Notes under the pieces: generated by a model
The model's database searches: none
The model's input: only the letters and a program-made list of their open reading frames with translations
Told to the model about the DNA's origin: nothing
Made by a program: the position numbers and the translations under genes
From: Alphaproteobacteria bacterium
GTDB taxonomy: Bacteria > Pseudomonadota > Alphaproteobacteria > Rickettsiales > SXRF01
Assembly (NCBI GenBank): GCA_043763155.1
Contig: JAYULW010000050.1
Coordinates: forward strand, 12,236 to 76,235
Direction: 5' to 3'
DNA length: 64,000 nt
In this document: in pieces, positions 10,398 through 18,657 of the stretch
Position numbering within the stretch: position 1 is the stretch's first letter
How the letters are laid out: the number at the start of each line of letters is the position of its first letter

Positions 10398-11015
10398 TTA
10401 ACGCGAGTAATATTCGATAACGAAGTTCGGCTGCATGATGACCGGGTACGGTACTTCAGCAAGCTTGGGAACGCGGATGAACTTGGCTTTCATTTCCGTG
10501 TTGTTGAACTCGATATATTCGGGAACGGAGCGTTCCGGGTTCTGGATCATTTCCAGTACAACCGGGATCTGCTTGCTCTTTTCGCGCAGTTCGATCACGT
10601 CGCCTTCCATAACCAGCATGGAGGGAACGTTAGCTTTTTTGCCGTTGATGCGCACATGGCCATGGCTTACGAGCTGGCGTGCGGCAAACGGGGAAGCAAC
10701 GAGGCCCATACGGTATACAACGGTGTCCAGGCGGCTTTCCAGCAGGCCGATCAGGTTTTCGCCCGTGTCGCCCTTGCGGCGCAGCGCTTCCTGATAGATG
10801 CGGCGGAACTGGCGCTCGGTGATGTTGCCATAATAGCCGCGCAGCTTTTGCTTTTCGCGCAGCTGGGTGCCGTAATCCGAGGTCTTCTTGCGCTTTGCCT
10901 GGCCGTGCTGGCCGGGAGCGTATGCGCGCTTGTTGAACGGATCCTTAGCAGAGCCCCAGAGGCTGGCGCCGAGGCGGCGGCTAATTTTGAATTTGCAATC
11001 AAGACGTTTGGTCAC
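10398..11015 (-). CDS. rpsD: 30S ribosomal protein S4
   Basis: The S4 N-terminus (V)[15 protein letters not shown] starts at GTG 11015. The 24 codons further upstream in the tracked ORF are hydrophobic and not S4-like. Confidence 0.95.
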   Translation of the reverse strand: MTKRLDCKFKISRRLGASLWGSAKDPFNKRAYAPGQHGQAKRKKTSDYGTQLREKQKLRGYYGNITERQFRRIYQEALRRKGDTGENLIGLLESRLDTVVYRMGLVASPFAARQLVSHGHVRINGKKANVPSMLVMEGDVIELREKSKQIPVVLEMIQNPERSVPEYIEFNNTEMKAKFIRVPKLAEVPYPVIMQPNFVIEYYSR

Positions 11016-11055
11016 AGTATTACCTGATATATAGATTAAGAATAAAGGGAGGTGA

Positions 11056-11083
11056 AATATACAAAGAAAAACGGGGCTGTCAA
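11056..11083 (-). promoter_or_regulatory. Candidate sigma70-type promoter of rpsD
   Basis: Minus strand TTGACA-16 nt-TATATT, about 40 nt upstream of the GTG start. Pattern match only. Confidence 0.35.
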
Positions 11084-11131
11084 ACAAAGAATGCGCCTAA
11101 AAACGCATTATTTTAGCCCAAGGGAATATAT

Positions 11132-11548
11132 TTAGAGACGACGCCCCGCAGGTGTCGCTAATTCCTCAACTTTCCGGCTTCCGTCAATGGCGTTCAGGCC
11201 ATCAGCACGGGTAAGGTTGGGGATGGTGGTATCAAGCGCCTGCGCGCCGGATTGCTGTGCTTTGTAGCGTTTCGTGAAATCGCCCTCAACCGGGGCCTCG
11301 CCCATCATGGTCTGAGCCTGAGCTTGGGGTTGCGTCATTTGCGGCGGATATTCCATAATGGCGGGAATAGGCGCGGTAAGTTCCTGCGGCAGCGGCGGCA
11401 TATCATCTGCCGAAGGGCGGCGGCTATTGCGCAAGCTCATCACCGCAATCGGCAAAGCTACGGCACCGCCCGCGATCAAACCGCCGATCCCCGCAACCTT
11501 GGGGATCTTCTTGAACATTTCTGCACTCGGTTTCCAGCTAATAGCCAT
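11132..11548 (-). CDS. Hypothetical single-pass membrane protein, Gly-rich TM plus Pro/Gln-rich linker
   Basis: 138-aa ORF with TM VAGIGGLIAGGAVALPIAVM followed by a PPLPQELTAPIP...PQMTQPQAQAQ tract. Lies 19 nt downstream of the 230-aa gene, so probably co-transcribed. Confidence 0.6.
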   Translation of the reverse strand: MAISWKPSAEMFKKIPKVAGIGGLIAGGAVALPIAVMSLRNSRRPSADDMPPLPQELTAPIPAIMEYPPQMTQPQAQAQTMMGEAPVEGDFTKRYKAQQSGAQALDTTIPNLTRADGLNAIDGSRKVEELATPAGRRL

Positions 11549-11567
11549 AACGTTAGTCCTTCAGCGA

Positions 11568-12260
11568 TTAAAGCTGCTTGGGCATCATTGCTTCGACTTC
11601 GCGCTGCTTCAACACAGCCTTCGCCTTCGATTCGCATTTCAGCTCGATTTCTTTGCCTGCAAAACCACCGGCAGCGGCGGCAGCAGCCTGCTGGCCTTTC
11701 GGGTCAGCGCCCGCAGCCATCTGCGCGCTCATATGTTCCTGAATCTGGTTGACCACGAACTCCTGGCCCTTCTGGAAAGCCACCTGTTCGCGCTTCTGGA
11801 TTTGCGGCTCTATGTCGGACTTGGCAATCTGGTAGCCTTCCTGAATGCCTTTGATTTCGCCGTCATTGAATGTTTTTGCGCGGGTGTTCTGTTTGCCCTG
11901 ACCACGGTTGCGGTATGCGGAATTTTCATCCACCACCTGCCCTACGCCCTTAACTGCGCCAAGCGCACCGCCAACAACCGCAGCGCCGCCACCGAAGGAA
12001 GCAGCCGAAGAAACACCGGCAACCACACCGCCGACAACGCCAGCCGCGCTAACCAGCAGGCCAGCCACCGAAGCGATACCGCCCATGATGCCGCCCGTAG
12101 CGAGTGCCGAAATCGCAGCGCCCGCAAGCAAACCAGCGCCACCGATAACAACGGCGGGAATGGCGAATGCGGCGATTGCACCGAGCAAGCCCCATTTCAC
12201 AGCTTTGCCACCTACCGTAGCGGCGGTGCTAAAACCATCGTGATTGATCGGGTCAGCCAT
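11568..12260 (-). CDS. Hypothetical glycine-zipper membrane protein: about 90-aa Gly/Ala-rich hydrophobic core plus a charged Gln/Lys/Glu tail
   Basis: 230-aa ORF with an AAGGA Shine-Dalgarno 7 nt before the ATG. The core is GLLGAIAAFAIPAVVIGGAGLLAGAAISALATGGIMGGIASVAGLLVSAAGVVGGVVAGV. I recognise no family. Confidence 0.65.
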   Translation of the reverse strand: MADPINHDGFSTAATVGGKAVKWGLLGAIAAFAIPAVVIGGAGLLAGAAISALATGGIMGGIASVAGLLVSAAGVVGGVVAGVSSAASFGGGAAVVGGALGAVKGVGQVVDENSAYRNRGQGKQNTRAKTFNDGEIKGIQEGYQIAKSDIEPQIQKREQVAFQKGQEFVVNQIQEHMSAQMAAGADPKGQQAAAAAAGGFAGKEIELKCESKAKAVLKQREVEAMMPKQL

Positions 12261-12301
12261 AAAAAGTCCTTATAATGAAAGTGTTACCTCAACATACGTA
12301 G

Positions 12302-12349
12302 AGTATGGCACAGAAGGCCGCGACTATTAAGTTAAGGTTTTATTACAAT
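12302..12349 (-). promoter_or_regulatory. Promoter-like module, copy A (upstream of the 230-aa gene)
   Basis: Minus strand TTGTAATAAAACCTTAACTTAATA-17 nt-CATACT. It aligns with copies B and C. Confidence 0.4.
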
Positions 12350-12408
12350 AGCCTAATTAACCATTACAGGTCAAGGTCTAGGGAAAAAACGGACGCTCTC
12401 GCAAGACC

Positions 12409-12972
12409 TTAAGTGTAGGCTGGGCCTTCCGGTCCCATGCCCCTGCCCTGCGGCAGGCCACGGTTCGGGTTCATGCCCTCATCCATACGCATCATGGCGG
12501 CTTTCTGGCGGTCACGGGCCTGGTGCAGGCTTGCCAGCATGCCGGAGCGCTGCTTGGCCATATGGAATTTATTCACAATCTTATCTTCTTCAGTATCCGC
12601 CGCGTCCGATGCGCTGCTAAGCGCAAGCAAACCGCCGCCCGTAGCGCCAATCGCGCCGCCATATCCAGCGCCTGCAAGTGCCGCGCTGCCAATCGCGCTG
12701 GTAACAAGCCCGCCTGCGCCTGAAGCAAGCCCAACCGCCGATGCGATCCAGCCCACAGGCCCAAGCGCCACCACCGTCATGCCGCCAACCAGCGTCGCAA
12801 CGCCTGCAAATGCCGCAGCGCCAACACCCGCACCGATCAAACCACCCTTAAATCCACCACCCAGAACATGCTTTGCCTGGCTTGCGATACGGCTGTGGTT
12901 TTTAAGCGCGGGATGTACGTCGTCATCCGCATCCACGCTAAGGTCTTGGTCTTCAATACGGCTTCTGGACAT
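12409..12972 (-). CDS. Hypothetical glycine-zipper membrane protein: acidic N-terminus, about 90-aa Gly/Ala-rich core, charged tail
   Basis: 187-aa ORF with core GGGFKGGLIGAGVGAAAFAGVATLVGGMTVVALGPVGWIASAVGLASGAGGLVTSAIGSAALAGAGYGGAIGATGGGLL. Same architecture as the 230-aa protein. Confidence 0.65.
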   Translation of the reverse strand: MSRSRIEDQDLSVDADDDVHPALKNHSRIASQAKHVLGGGFKGGLIGAGVGAAAFAGVATLVGGMTVVALGPVGWIASAVGLASGAGGLVTSAIGSAALAGAGYGGAIGATGGGLLALSSASDAADTEEDKIVNKFHMAKQRSGMLASLHQARDRQKAAMMRMDEGMNPNRGLPQGRGMGPEGPAYT

Positions 12973-13008
12973 ATACGAACCTGTAAAAAACGCTTTCTCT
13001 ATACTTCC

Positions 13009-13059
13009 ACTATGGCATAGCGGCCTGCAAATCTCAAATTAAGCTTTTATGGCAGCAAT
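13009..13059 (-). promoter_or_regulatory. Promoter-like module, copy B (upstream of the 187-aa gene)
   Basis: Minus strand CTGCCATAAAAGCTTAATTTGAGA-17 nt-CATAGT, about 40 nt upstream of the ATG. Confidence 0.4.
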
Positions 13060-13125
13060 TTCCAGCACATGTCAGGAATATGACAATCCGCCCGAAAAAC
13101 CACAATAACAAATAATTTGAGTGCC

Positions 13126-13569
13126 TTAACGGCCGTTCGTGCCACTGATTGCAGCAGCGATACCCTTAATGTCAATGCCCAACCCTTTCAGGCCGTTATC
13201 CACATCCGGGGTAAACAGCCCCGATTCCGCAACATCCTGCCCGCCTTTAACCATGGCAGCCAGTGCCGAACCGCTTTCCGTCATCAGCGCTTTGCCGTCT
13301 GCTTCGCGCACCGCCCCATCAACGCTCGATTGCAACGCCGCAAGATCAGCCGAAGTCATACCATCAGCCCGTGCCTGCAGCAGCGCATCCGCGCCCGCAA
13401 CCGACACACCCTTGGACGCAAGCCGCGCCAATACTTCTTTAAGCGCACCCTGTTTACCGCTGAAACTCACCGCTTCCGAACCGGTGGCAAGTTCTGCACC
13501 GCGCTTTTCTTCTTCGCGCACCACAGGCGTTTCCAGCAGGGTAGGTGTTTTTTCGGGGGTCTCGCTCAT
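13126..13569 (-). CDS. Hypothetical soluble Ala/Gly-rich acidic protein
   Basis: 147-aa ORF with no TM segment and no recognised motif. First gene of the same-strand orphan cluster. Confidence 0.55.
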   Translation of the reverse strand: MSETPEKTPTLLETPVVREEEKRGAELATGSEAVSFSGKQGALKEVLARLASKGVSVAGADALLQARADGMTSADLAALQSSVDGAVREADGKALMTESGSALAAMVKGGQDVAESGLFTPDVDNGLKGLGIDIKGIAAAISGTNGR

Positions 13570-13604
13570 AAATCATCAGCCCATTAGGGGTTTTCGATAA
13601 TCTA

Positions 13605-13653
13605 AGAATACCCCATTGCGCCCAAACCCTCAAAAGAAGGTTTTATGACAGCC
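13605..13653 (-). promoter_or_regulatory. Promoter-like module, copy C (upstream of the 147-aa gene)
   Basis: Minus strand CTGTCATAAAACCTTCTTTTGAGG-17 nt-TATTCT, about 35 nt upstream of the ATG. Confidence 0.4.
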
Positions 13654-13679
13654 GAACGCAGCGGAATATATTGTATTAA

Positions 13680-14024
13680 TTACTTCTTTTTGCCGTCAAC
13701 CAGCAGCGACACCTTGCTCTTCACCTTGCCTGAGCATAAATCCACCGTGGCCACCTGCATGCTTTGCGCCCCTTTTTGCAGCGTCACATACAGCACTTTG
13801 CCGTCGCGCTCCACACTCACCACATCGCCCAGCCCCTTCAGATCCGCCTCGCCGCCCGCACACGCATAGGCCGCCGTGCCGTTGGCTTCCGCATTCACCT
13901 TTTTCCACACCATGCCACAAAGCAGCAGCGTGCCGCCAATCAGCAGCAGCCCCATGGAAAATACGAGGGTCTTGAGCGGTTTTAAGTTCTCTTTCGGCTC
14001 TTCAACTGGTAGATCATCGCTCAT
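13680..14024 (-). CDS. Hypothetical membrane-anchored small protein
   Basis: Only the C-terminal 114 codons of tracked ORF 13680..14495 are credible (MSDDLPVEEPKENLKPLKTLVFSMGLLLIGGTLLLCGMVW...). The upstream part overlaps rluD in antisense. Confidence 0.5.
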   Translation of the reverse strand: MSDDLPVEEPKENLKPLKTLVFSMGLLLIGGTLLLCGMVWKKVNAEANGTAAYACAGGEADLKGLGDVVSVERDGKVLYVTLQKGAQSMQVATVDLCSGKVKSKVSLLVDGKKK

Positions 14025-15015
14025 GCCCGAAACCCATTCATTCATTGTTACCGAAGACGAAGCAGGTTCCCGCCTCGACAAATTCCTGTCGCAGCGCCTC
14101 GAACACATGTCGCGCAGCCGCCTGCAAGGCTTAATAGCCCAAGGCGCCGTAACCTGCAAGGGTTTGCCCTCTGAAGACGCCAATACCAAGGTAAAACTGG
14201 GGCAGGAGATCATTCTCACCATCCCCGAAGCCGTCGCCTCCCACATCGAAGCGCAGGCCATCGCGCTCGATATTATCTTTGAAGACGAACATATGCTCGT
14301 CATCAACAAACCCGCAGGGCTCACCGTCCACCCCGCGCCCGGACACGCCGACATGACGCTGGTAAATGCCCTCCTCGCCCATTGCGGCGACACGCTTTCC
14401 GGCATTGGCGGCGTTGCCCGCCCCGGCATCGTCCACCGCATAGACAAAGACACCAGCGGATTATTAGTCGTGGCCAAACACGACGCCGCCCACAATCACC
14501 TGTCCGAACAACTCTCCGAACGCACCCTGAAGCGCACCTACCGCGCCATCGTCTGGGGCGAACCGCGCGCCAGCCAGGGCACCATCACCGGAAACATCGG
14601 CCGCAGCACCGCCAACCGCCAGCGCATGGCCGTGGTTAAAACCGGCGGCAAGGAAGCCACCACCCATTACAAACTCCTGCAGAAATTCCAGCCCGAAGGC
14701 ATCAAAGCCCCCATGGCTGCCTACGTGGAATGTAATCTGGAAACAGGCCGCACCCACCAGATCCGCGTGCATTTCACCCATATCGGCCACCCGCTGATGG
14801 GCGACCCCGGCTACGGCCCCTCCACCCAAACCCACATGAACCAGAACATCTTCAAACCCATGGCCCCGGAGTCCCGCGCCATCATCATGGGCTTCACCCG
14901 CCAAGCGTTGCACGCCAAGGAACTCGGCCTCATCCACCCCGCAACCGGCGAACACATGCATTTCGAGTGCCCCGTCCCGCCAGACATGGAAGCCCTGATC
15001 AACGCCCTCTCATAA
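14023..15015 (+). CDS. rluD: 23S rRNA pseudouridine synthase, RluA/RluD family
   Basis: S4-like N-terminus (RLDKFLSQRL) and catalytic HRIDKDTSGLLVVAK motif. The homologous sequence starts at ATG 14023. Confidence 0.9.
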   Translation: MPETHSFIVTEDEAGSRLDKFLSQRLEHMSRSRLQGLIAQGAVTCKGLPSEDANTKVKLGQEIILTIPEAVASHIEAQAIALDIIFEDEHMLVINKPAGLTVHPAPGHADMTLVNALLAHCGDTLSGIGGVARPGIVHRIDKDTSGLLVVAKHDAAHNHLSEQLSERTLKRTYRAIVWGEPRASQGTITGNIGRSTANRQRMAVVKTGGKEATTHYKLLQKFQPEGIKAPMAAYVECNLETGRTHQIRVHFTHIGHPLMGDPGYGPSTQTHMNQNIFKPMAPESRAIIMGFTRQALHAKELGLIHPATGEHMHFECPVPPDMEALINALS

Positions 15016-15018
15016 ATC

Positions 15019-15549
15019 TTAGTGGGTAATTTCGCGCACCCGGTCGGTGCCGGGGGTCACCTCGCGCACCGCGCTCCTGTGGTAGTCTTCGGCTAACCCT
15101 TCGCCGTTGGCAGCCTTCTGCCTGTCAAACACCATCCGCCCCGCAGCGCCGCGCACCCATTCGGGCATCGCCTCCGCAAGGTCTTCATACAGCCTGCGCG
15201 TTTTCTTGAAATGCCTGCGGTCGCCACCAAACATCGCCAGGTTTTCTTCCCCGTACGCAACCACAATCGAAGGCAACTGCCCCAGTCGGTTCGCCTGCAA
15301 AGGCCGCGTTTGTTCCCGCGCAATATGAATGGAGCTATGCACCGCCGAAGACACCCGCCCGACAAAATCCTCGATGGCGCGTTTATAGGGCGGCTCGCGC
15401 AGGGCGGCCGCATCGGGGCTTTCAATCGAAAAGGACAAGCGCGGCGTTGCCAGCATTGTTCCATCCTGTTTCGTTTCTTGTAGTTCGAGCCGGATCTTGA
15501 TGTCCGCATCCAGCGCCCATTCGCGCCTTGTGTTGGTATATGATGCCAT
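15019..15549 (-). CDS. Hypothetical protein
   Basis: 176-aa ORF with protein-like composition. A competing overlapping frame (15093..15596) is Arg/Cys-rich and less plausible. No motif recognised. Confidence 0.45.
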   Translation of the reverse strand: MASYTNTRREWALDADIKIRLELQETKQDGTMLATPRLSFSIESPDAAALREPPYKRAIEDFVGRVSSAVHSSIHIAREQTRPLQANRLGQLPSIVVAYGEENLAMFGGDRRHFKKTRRLYEDLAEAMPEWVRGAAGRMVFDRQKAANGEGLAEDYHRSAVREVTPGTDRVREITH

Positions 15550-15775
15550 GGTGTAACCCCTGCATTACGTGTGCCAGAAGTCTTTAAGCTAAACAATTAT
15601 TCCGCAGATGGAAAGATATTTAACGCAATCCCCCGCCTCCGCTGCAATAGCCATGCGCTCCGCTCCAAATTCCACCCCCGCAACGGGTTGGAATAATTCA
15701 CTTTTCCCTTGCATTCCGGGTAATGTCATAATAGCTCTTAAAGCAGTGAATTAGCATAGGGATGAAAGTAATATC

Positions 15776-17425
15776 ATGGCACATACCGTTGGCTCGTATC
15801 TGTTTGACTACCTGTATAATCAGGGTGTGCGCCACGCTTTCGGCATTCCCGGCGACTTCGCCCTCCCCACCTTCCGCTGGCTTGAAAAATCCCAGCTCGA
15901 CCTCCTCACCATGACCCACGAACCCTCCGTAGGCTTCGCCGCCGATGCGTATGCCCGCGTCCACGGCTTGGGCGTCGCAGTGGTCACCTACTGCGTCGGC
16001 GGCCTCAACATGCTGAACCCCATCGCCTGCGCCTACGCCGAAAAAAGCCCCGTCATCGTCATCTCCGGCGGTCCCTCGCCCGCCGACCGCCACCGCGACG
16101 CGCTGGTGCATCACAAGGTTCGCACCTTCGACACCCAGCGCCGCATTTATGACGAAGTCACCTGCGCCAGCACCGTGCTGCTCGACCCCGAAACCGCCGC
16201 CGACGAAATCATCCGCGTAGTAACCACCGCCATCGCCGAATCCCGCCCCGCCTACATCGAAGTGCCCTACGACGTGGTAGACATGCCCATCCGCATGCCC
16301 ACCCTCAAAAATTCCCCCGTCCCCGAAAGCGACGCGGAGAATTTAGAGGCCGCACTGGCCGAAGCCATCGCCAAAATCAACAACGCCAAAACCCCCATCA
16401 TCGTCGCCGACGTCGAACTGCACCGCCATGGCCTCACCGACCTCGCCCTTGCGATTGCCGAAAAATTCAACATCCCCATCGCAGCCACCCTGCTTTCCAA
16501 AAGCGTTATCTCCGAAACCAGCCCGCTCTACATGGGCGTATACAGCGCCGCACTTTCCGAAAAAATCTGTCAGGATTATGTGGAAAACAGCGACTGCATC
16601 ATCCTCCTCGGCGCTTTCCTGTCCGACGTGTTCAGCGGCTTCCACGCCACCCACAAGCTCGACCGCAGGAACGCAATCCTCGCCACCACCGAAAAACTCC
16701 GCATCGGCCTGCATTCGTATGACAATGTCCTCTTCAAAGACTTCCTCGAAGGCCTGAAGCAAAGCTCCATCAAACCCAAAGTATTTACTAATCCGTATAA
16801 ACGCGCCGAGCTGAAACCCCTCACCAGCGCCGAATCCACCGACGCCCTCACTGCCGATGCTTTCTTCCGCATCCTTGGTTTAACGATGGACGAAGACGCA
16901 ACCGTAGTCTGCGACACCGGCGACGCATTATTTGGTGCCATGTCTTTGCGCACCACCCAGCAAAGCAACTTCCTGTCCGATGCTTATTACCTCTCCATGG
17001 GCTTCGCGGTCCCCGCCTCGGTGGGTGCCTCCGCCGCCAAGCCCGCCAGCCGGGTCTATTGCTTAGTCGGCGACGGCGCATTCCAGATGACCGGGCTGGA
17101 AGTTTCCACCTTCGCCAAATACAACATGCACCCCATCATTTGTATTTTGAACAATGACGGCTACGGCACCCAGCGCCACATCATTGACGGCCCGTTCAAC
17201 AACATCCACCGCTGGGAATACGCCAAAATCCGCGACGTGATCAACTACGGAAAATCCATGAAAGTCACCACCAAAGGTGAACTGGAAAAAGTCCTGAAAG
17301 AAGCAACAGCCGCCAAGGAAATGTACATCATCGAAGTCATCATCCCCCGCACCGATTGCTCCGAGCCACTCAAGCGCCTCACCACCAACTTGAGCGAAAT
17401 CCGCGATGCTGGTAAACGAAAGTAA
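15776..17425 (+). CDS. Thiamine-diphosphate-dependent alpha-keto-acid decarboxylase (indolepyruvate/phenylpyruvate decarboxylase family)
   Basis: 549 aa. N-terminus VGSYLFDYLYNQGVRHAFGIPGDF and TPP-binding GDGAFQMT...NNDGY motif. Confidence 0.85.
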   Translation: MAHTVGSYLFDYLYNQGVRHAFGIPGDFALPTFRWLEKSQLDLLTMTHEPSVGFAADAYARVHGLGVAVVTYCVGGLNMLNPIACAYAEKSPVIVISGGPSPADRHRDALVHHKVRTFDTQRRIYDEVTCASTVLLDPETAADEIIRVVTTAIAESRPAYIEVPYDVVDMPIRMPTLKNSPVPESDAENLEAALAEAIAKINNAKTPIIVADVELHRHGLTDLALAIAEKFNIPIAATLLSKSVISETSPLYMGVYSAALSEKICQDYVENSDCIILLGAFLSDVFSGFHATHKLDRRNAILATTEKLRIGLHSYDNVLFKDFLEGLKQSSIKPKVFTNPYKRAELKPLTSAESTDALTADAFFRILGLTMDEDATVVCDTGDALFGAMSLRTTQQSNFLSDAYYLSMGFAVPASVGASAAKPASRVYCLVGDGAFQMTGLEVSTFAKYNMHPIICILNNDGYGTQRHIIDGPFNNIHRWEYAKIRDVINYGKSMKVTTKGELEKVLKEATAAKEMYIIEVIIPRTDCSEPLKRLTTNLSEIRDAGKRK

Positions 17426-17460
17426 GAGAAAACTATCTTCAAAAAACGAATAGGAATTTT

Positions 17461-17601
17461 ATGAGAAAGAAGACTACGCTCGCCCTCGCTTTGTTACTGG
17501 CACTCGCCGCCTGCAACACCATCGAAGGTTTCGGCCACGACATGCAGGGCGCAGGCCAGGGCCTGTCCGATGGTGCCAGCCGCGTAAAGCGGAACTTGTA
17601 A
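17461..17601 (+). CDS. Entericidin EcnA/B-family small lipoprotein (46 aa; not in the ORF track)
   Basis: MRKKTTLALALLLALAACNTIEGFGHDMQGAGQGLSDGASRVKRNL has a lipobox LAAC, then an NT(I/V)EG...G..(I/L)SD pattern typical of entericidins. AGGAA Shine-Dalgarno 6 nt upstream. Confidence 0.7.
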   Translation: MRKKTTLALALLLALAACNTIEGFGHDMQGAGQGLSDGASRVKRNL

Positions 17602-17626
17602 TAATTTGCCCTTAAAAAGGATTCCT

Positions 17627-17863
17627 ATGCGCGATACCGGAAACCGCTTTGAAATCGAAATCGAAGGCCTCACCGTTTTCGCTGACTACCGCAAAAGCGG
17701 CACCACCGTCTCCATTGACCACGTAGAATCCCCCATCGCGCTTCGCGGCAAAGGTGCCGCAGGCGAGCTGATGAAAGCCATCCACGATAAGGCAAAAGCC
17801 GAGGGCCTCACCCTCGTTCCCATCTGCGGCTACGCAGCCGCATGGCTTCAGCGCAACGCTTAG
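17627..17863 (+). CDS. Small GNAT-like N-acetyltransferase (YjdJ-type)
   Basis: NRFEIEIEG...HVESPIALRGKGAAGELM...VPICGYAAAWL pattern. ATG 17627 is preferred over TTG 17606 because AAAAAGGA lies upstream of it. Confidence 0.7.
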   Translation: MRDTGNRFEIEIEGLTVFADYRKSGTTVSIDHVESPIALRGKGAAGELMKAIHDKAKAEGLTLVPICGYAAAWLQRNA

Positions 17864-18306
17864 TTTTTACGCGCCACCAGCACCGCCGTCACAGCCGTAA
17901 ACACCAGCGCGTCATCTTGGTTGAAGGTCTCTATCCGGTACGTCACCACCCCATGCGCGGGCTTGCTTTTCGAGGGGCGCACCTCGGCAATGGTAATCAC
18001 CGTGTTCAGCGTGTCCCCCGGCACCACCGCCCGCGGCCACTTCACCTCTTCCAGCCCCATGCCGACCAGCCCGCCAGCAGCCTTGCCCATCCCTGAAAGG
18101 AATTTGAGCCGCATGCTGATAGCCGCCGTCTGCCAGCCACTCACCACCAGCTGCCCGAACAAACTATCCTTGGCCGCCGCTTCGTCCGTGTGGAAATATT
18201 GCGGGTCGTACTCCCGCGCAAACGCAATGGCGCTCTCTTTGCTGATGGTGTAGCCACCATGCGCAAATTGCTGCCCGACCGAAAAATCCTCGAAGTAAAG
18301 CGTCAC
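17860..18306 (-). CDS. MaoC-like (R)-hydratase/dehydratase domain protein
   Basis: 148 aa with a hot-dog fold signature FAREYDPQYFHTDEAAAKDSLFGQLVVSGW. Confidence 0.8.
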   Translation of the reverse strand: MTLYFEDFSVGQQFAHGGYTISKESAIAFAREYDPQYFHTDEAAAKDSLFGQLVVSGWQTAAISMRLKFLSGMGKAAGGLVGMGLEEVKWPRAVVPGDTLNTVITIAEVRPSKSKPAHGVVTYRIETFNQDDALVFTAVTAVLVARKN

Positions 18307-18648
18307 TTATTGCGCAGCGGCCGTCTTCACGCCCTTGGCGTTAAAGAACTCCGCCAGTTCGCCGGATTGATACATCTCGCGCACAATATCGCACCCGCCG
18401 ATGAACTCGCCCTTGATGTAAAGCTGCGGAATCGTCGGCCAGTTGGAAAACTGCTTGATGCCTTCACGCACTTCCATGTCGGCAAGCACATTCACATCCT
18501 TAAAATCCGTCACGCCCAAACGCTCCAGCACCTGCACCACAGTGGCCGAAAACCCGCACTGCGGAATGTCCTTCGTGCCCTTCATAAACAGCACAACGTC
18601 GTTGCCCTTAATGTCGCTTTCGATTTTTTCAAATACCGGATTGGTCAT
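18307..18648 (-). CDS. grxD: Monothiol glutaredoxin Grx4 family
   Basis: CGFS active site (PQCGFS) and [19 protein letters not shown]. Adjacent to bolA. Confidence 0.9.
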   Translation of the reverse strand: MTNPVFEKIESDIKGNDVVLFMKGTKDIPQCGFSATVVQVLERLGVTDFKDVNVLADMEVREGIKQFSNWPTIPQLYIKGEFIGGCDIVREMYQSGELAEFFNAKGVKTAAAQ

Positions 18649-18657
18649 CGTCTTCTC

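Noticed and set aside
12304-12322. Sigma-54 promoter reading of TATGGCACAGAAGGCCGC, and of TATGGCATAGCGGCC at 13011
   Set aside because: The TGGCAC is not followed by TTGC at the -12 position. The orientation points away from the adjacent genes. The sequence makes better sense as the reverse complement of a -10-like hexamer in the triplicated module.
14025-14495. N-terminal 157 codons of tracked ORF 13680..14495
   Set aside because: This part lies entirely antisense to the well-supported rluD and has a Cys/Trp/Arg/Ser/Met-rich composition unlike real proteins. Only the part from ATG 14024 downstream was kept.
15611-15757. 48-codon plus-strand ORF in the gap upstream of the decarboxylase gene (MERYLTQSPASAAIAMRS...)
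   Set aside because: It has no Shine-Dalgarno and an unremarkable composition, and it lies in a divergent promoter region. There is no evidence it is coding.
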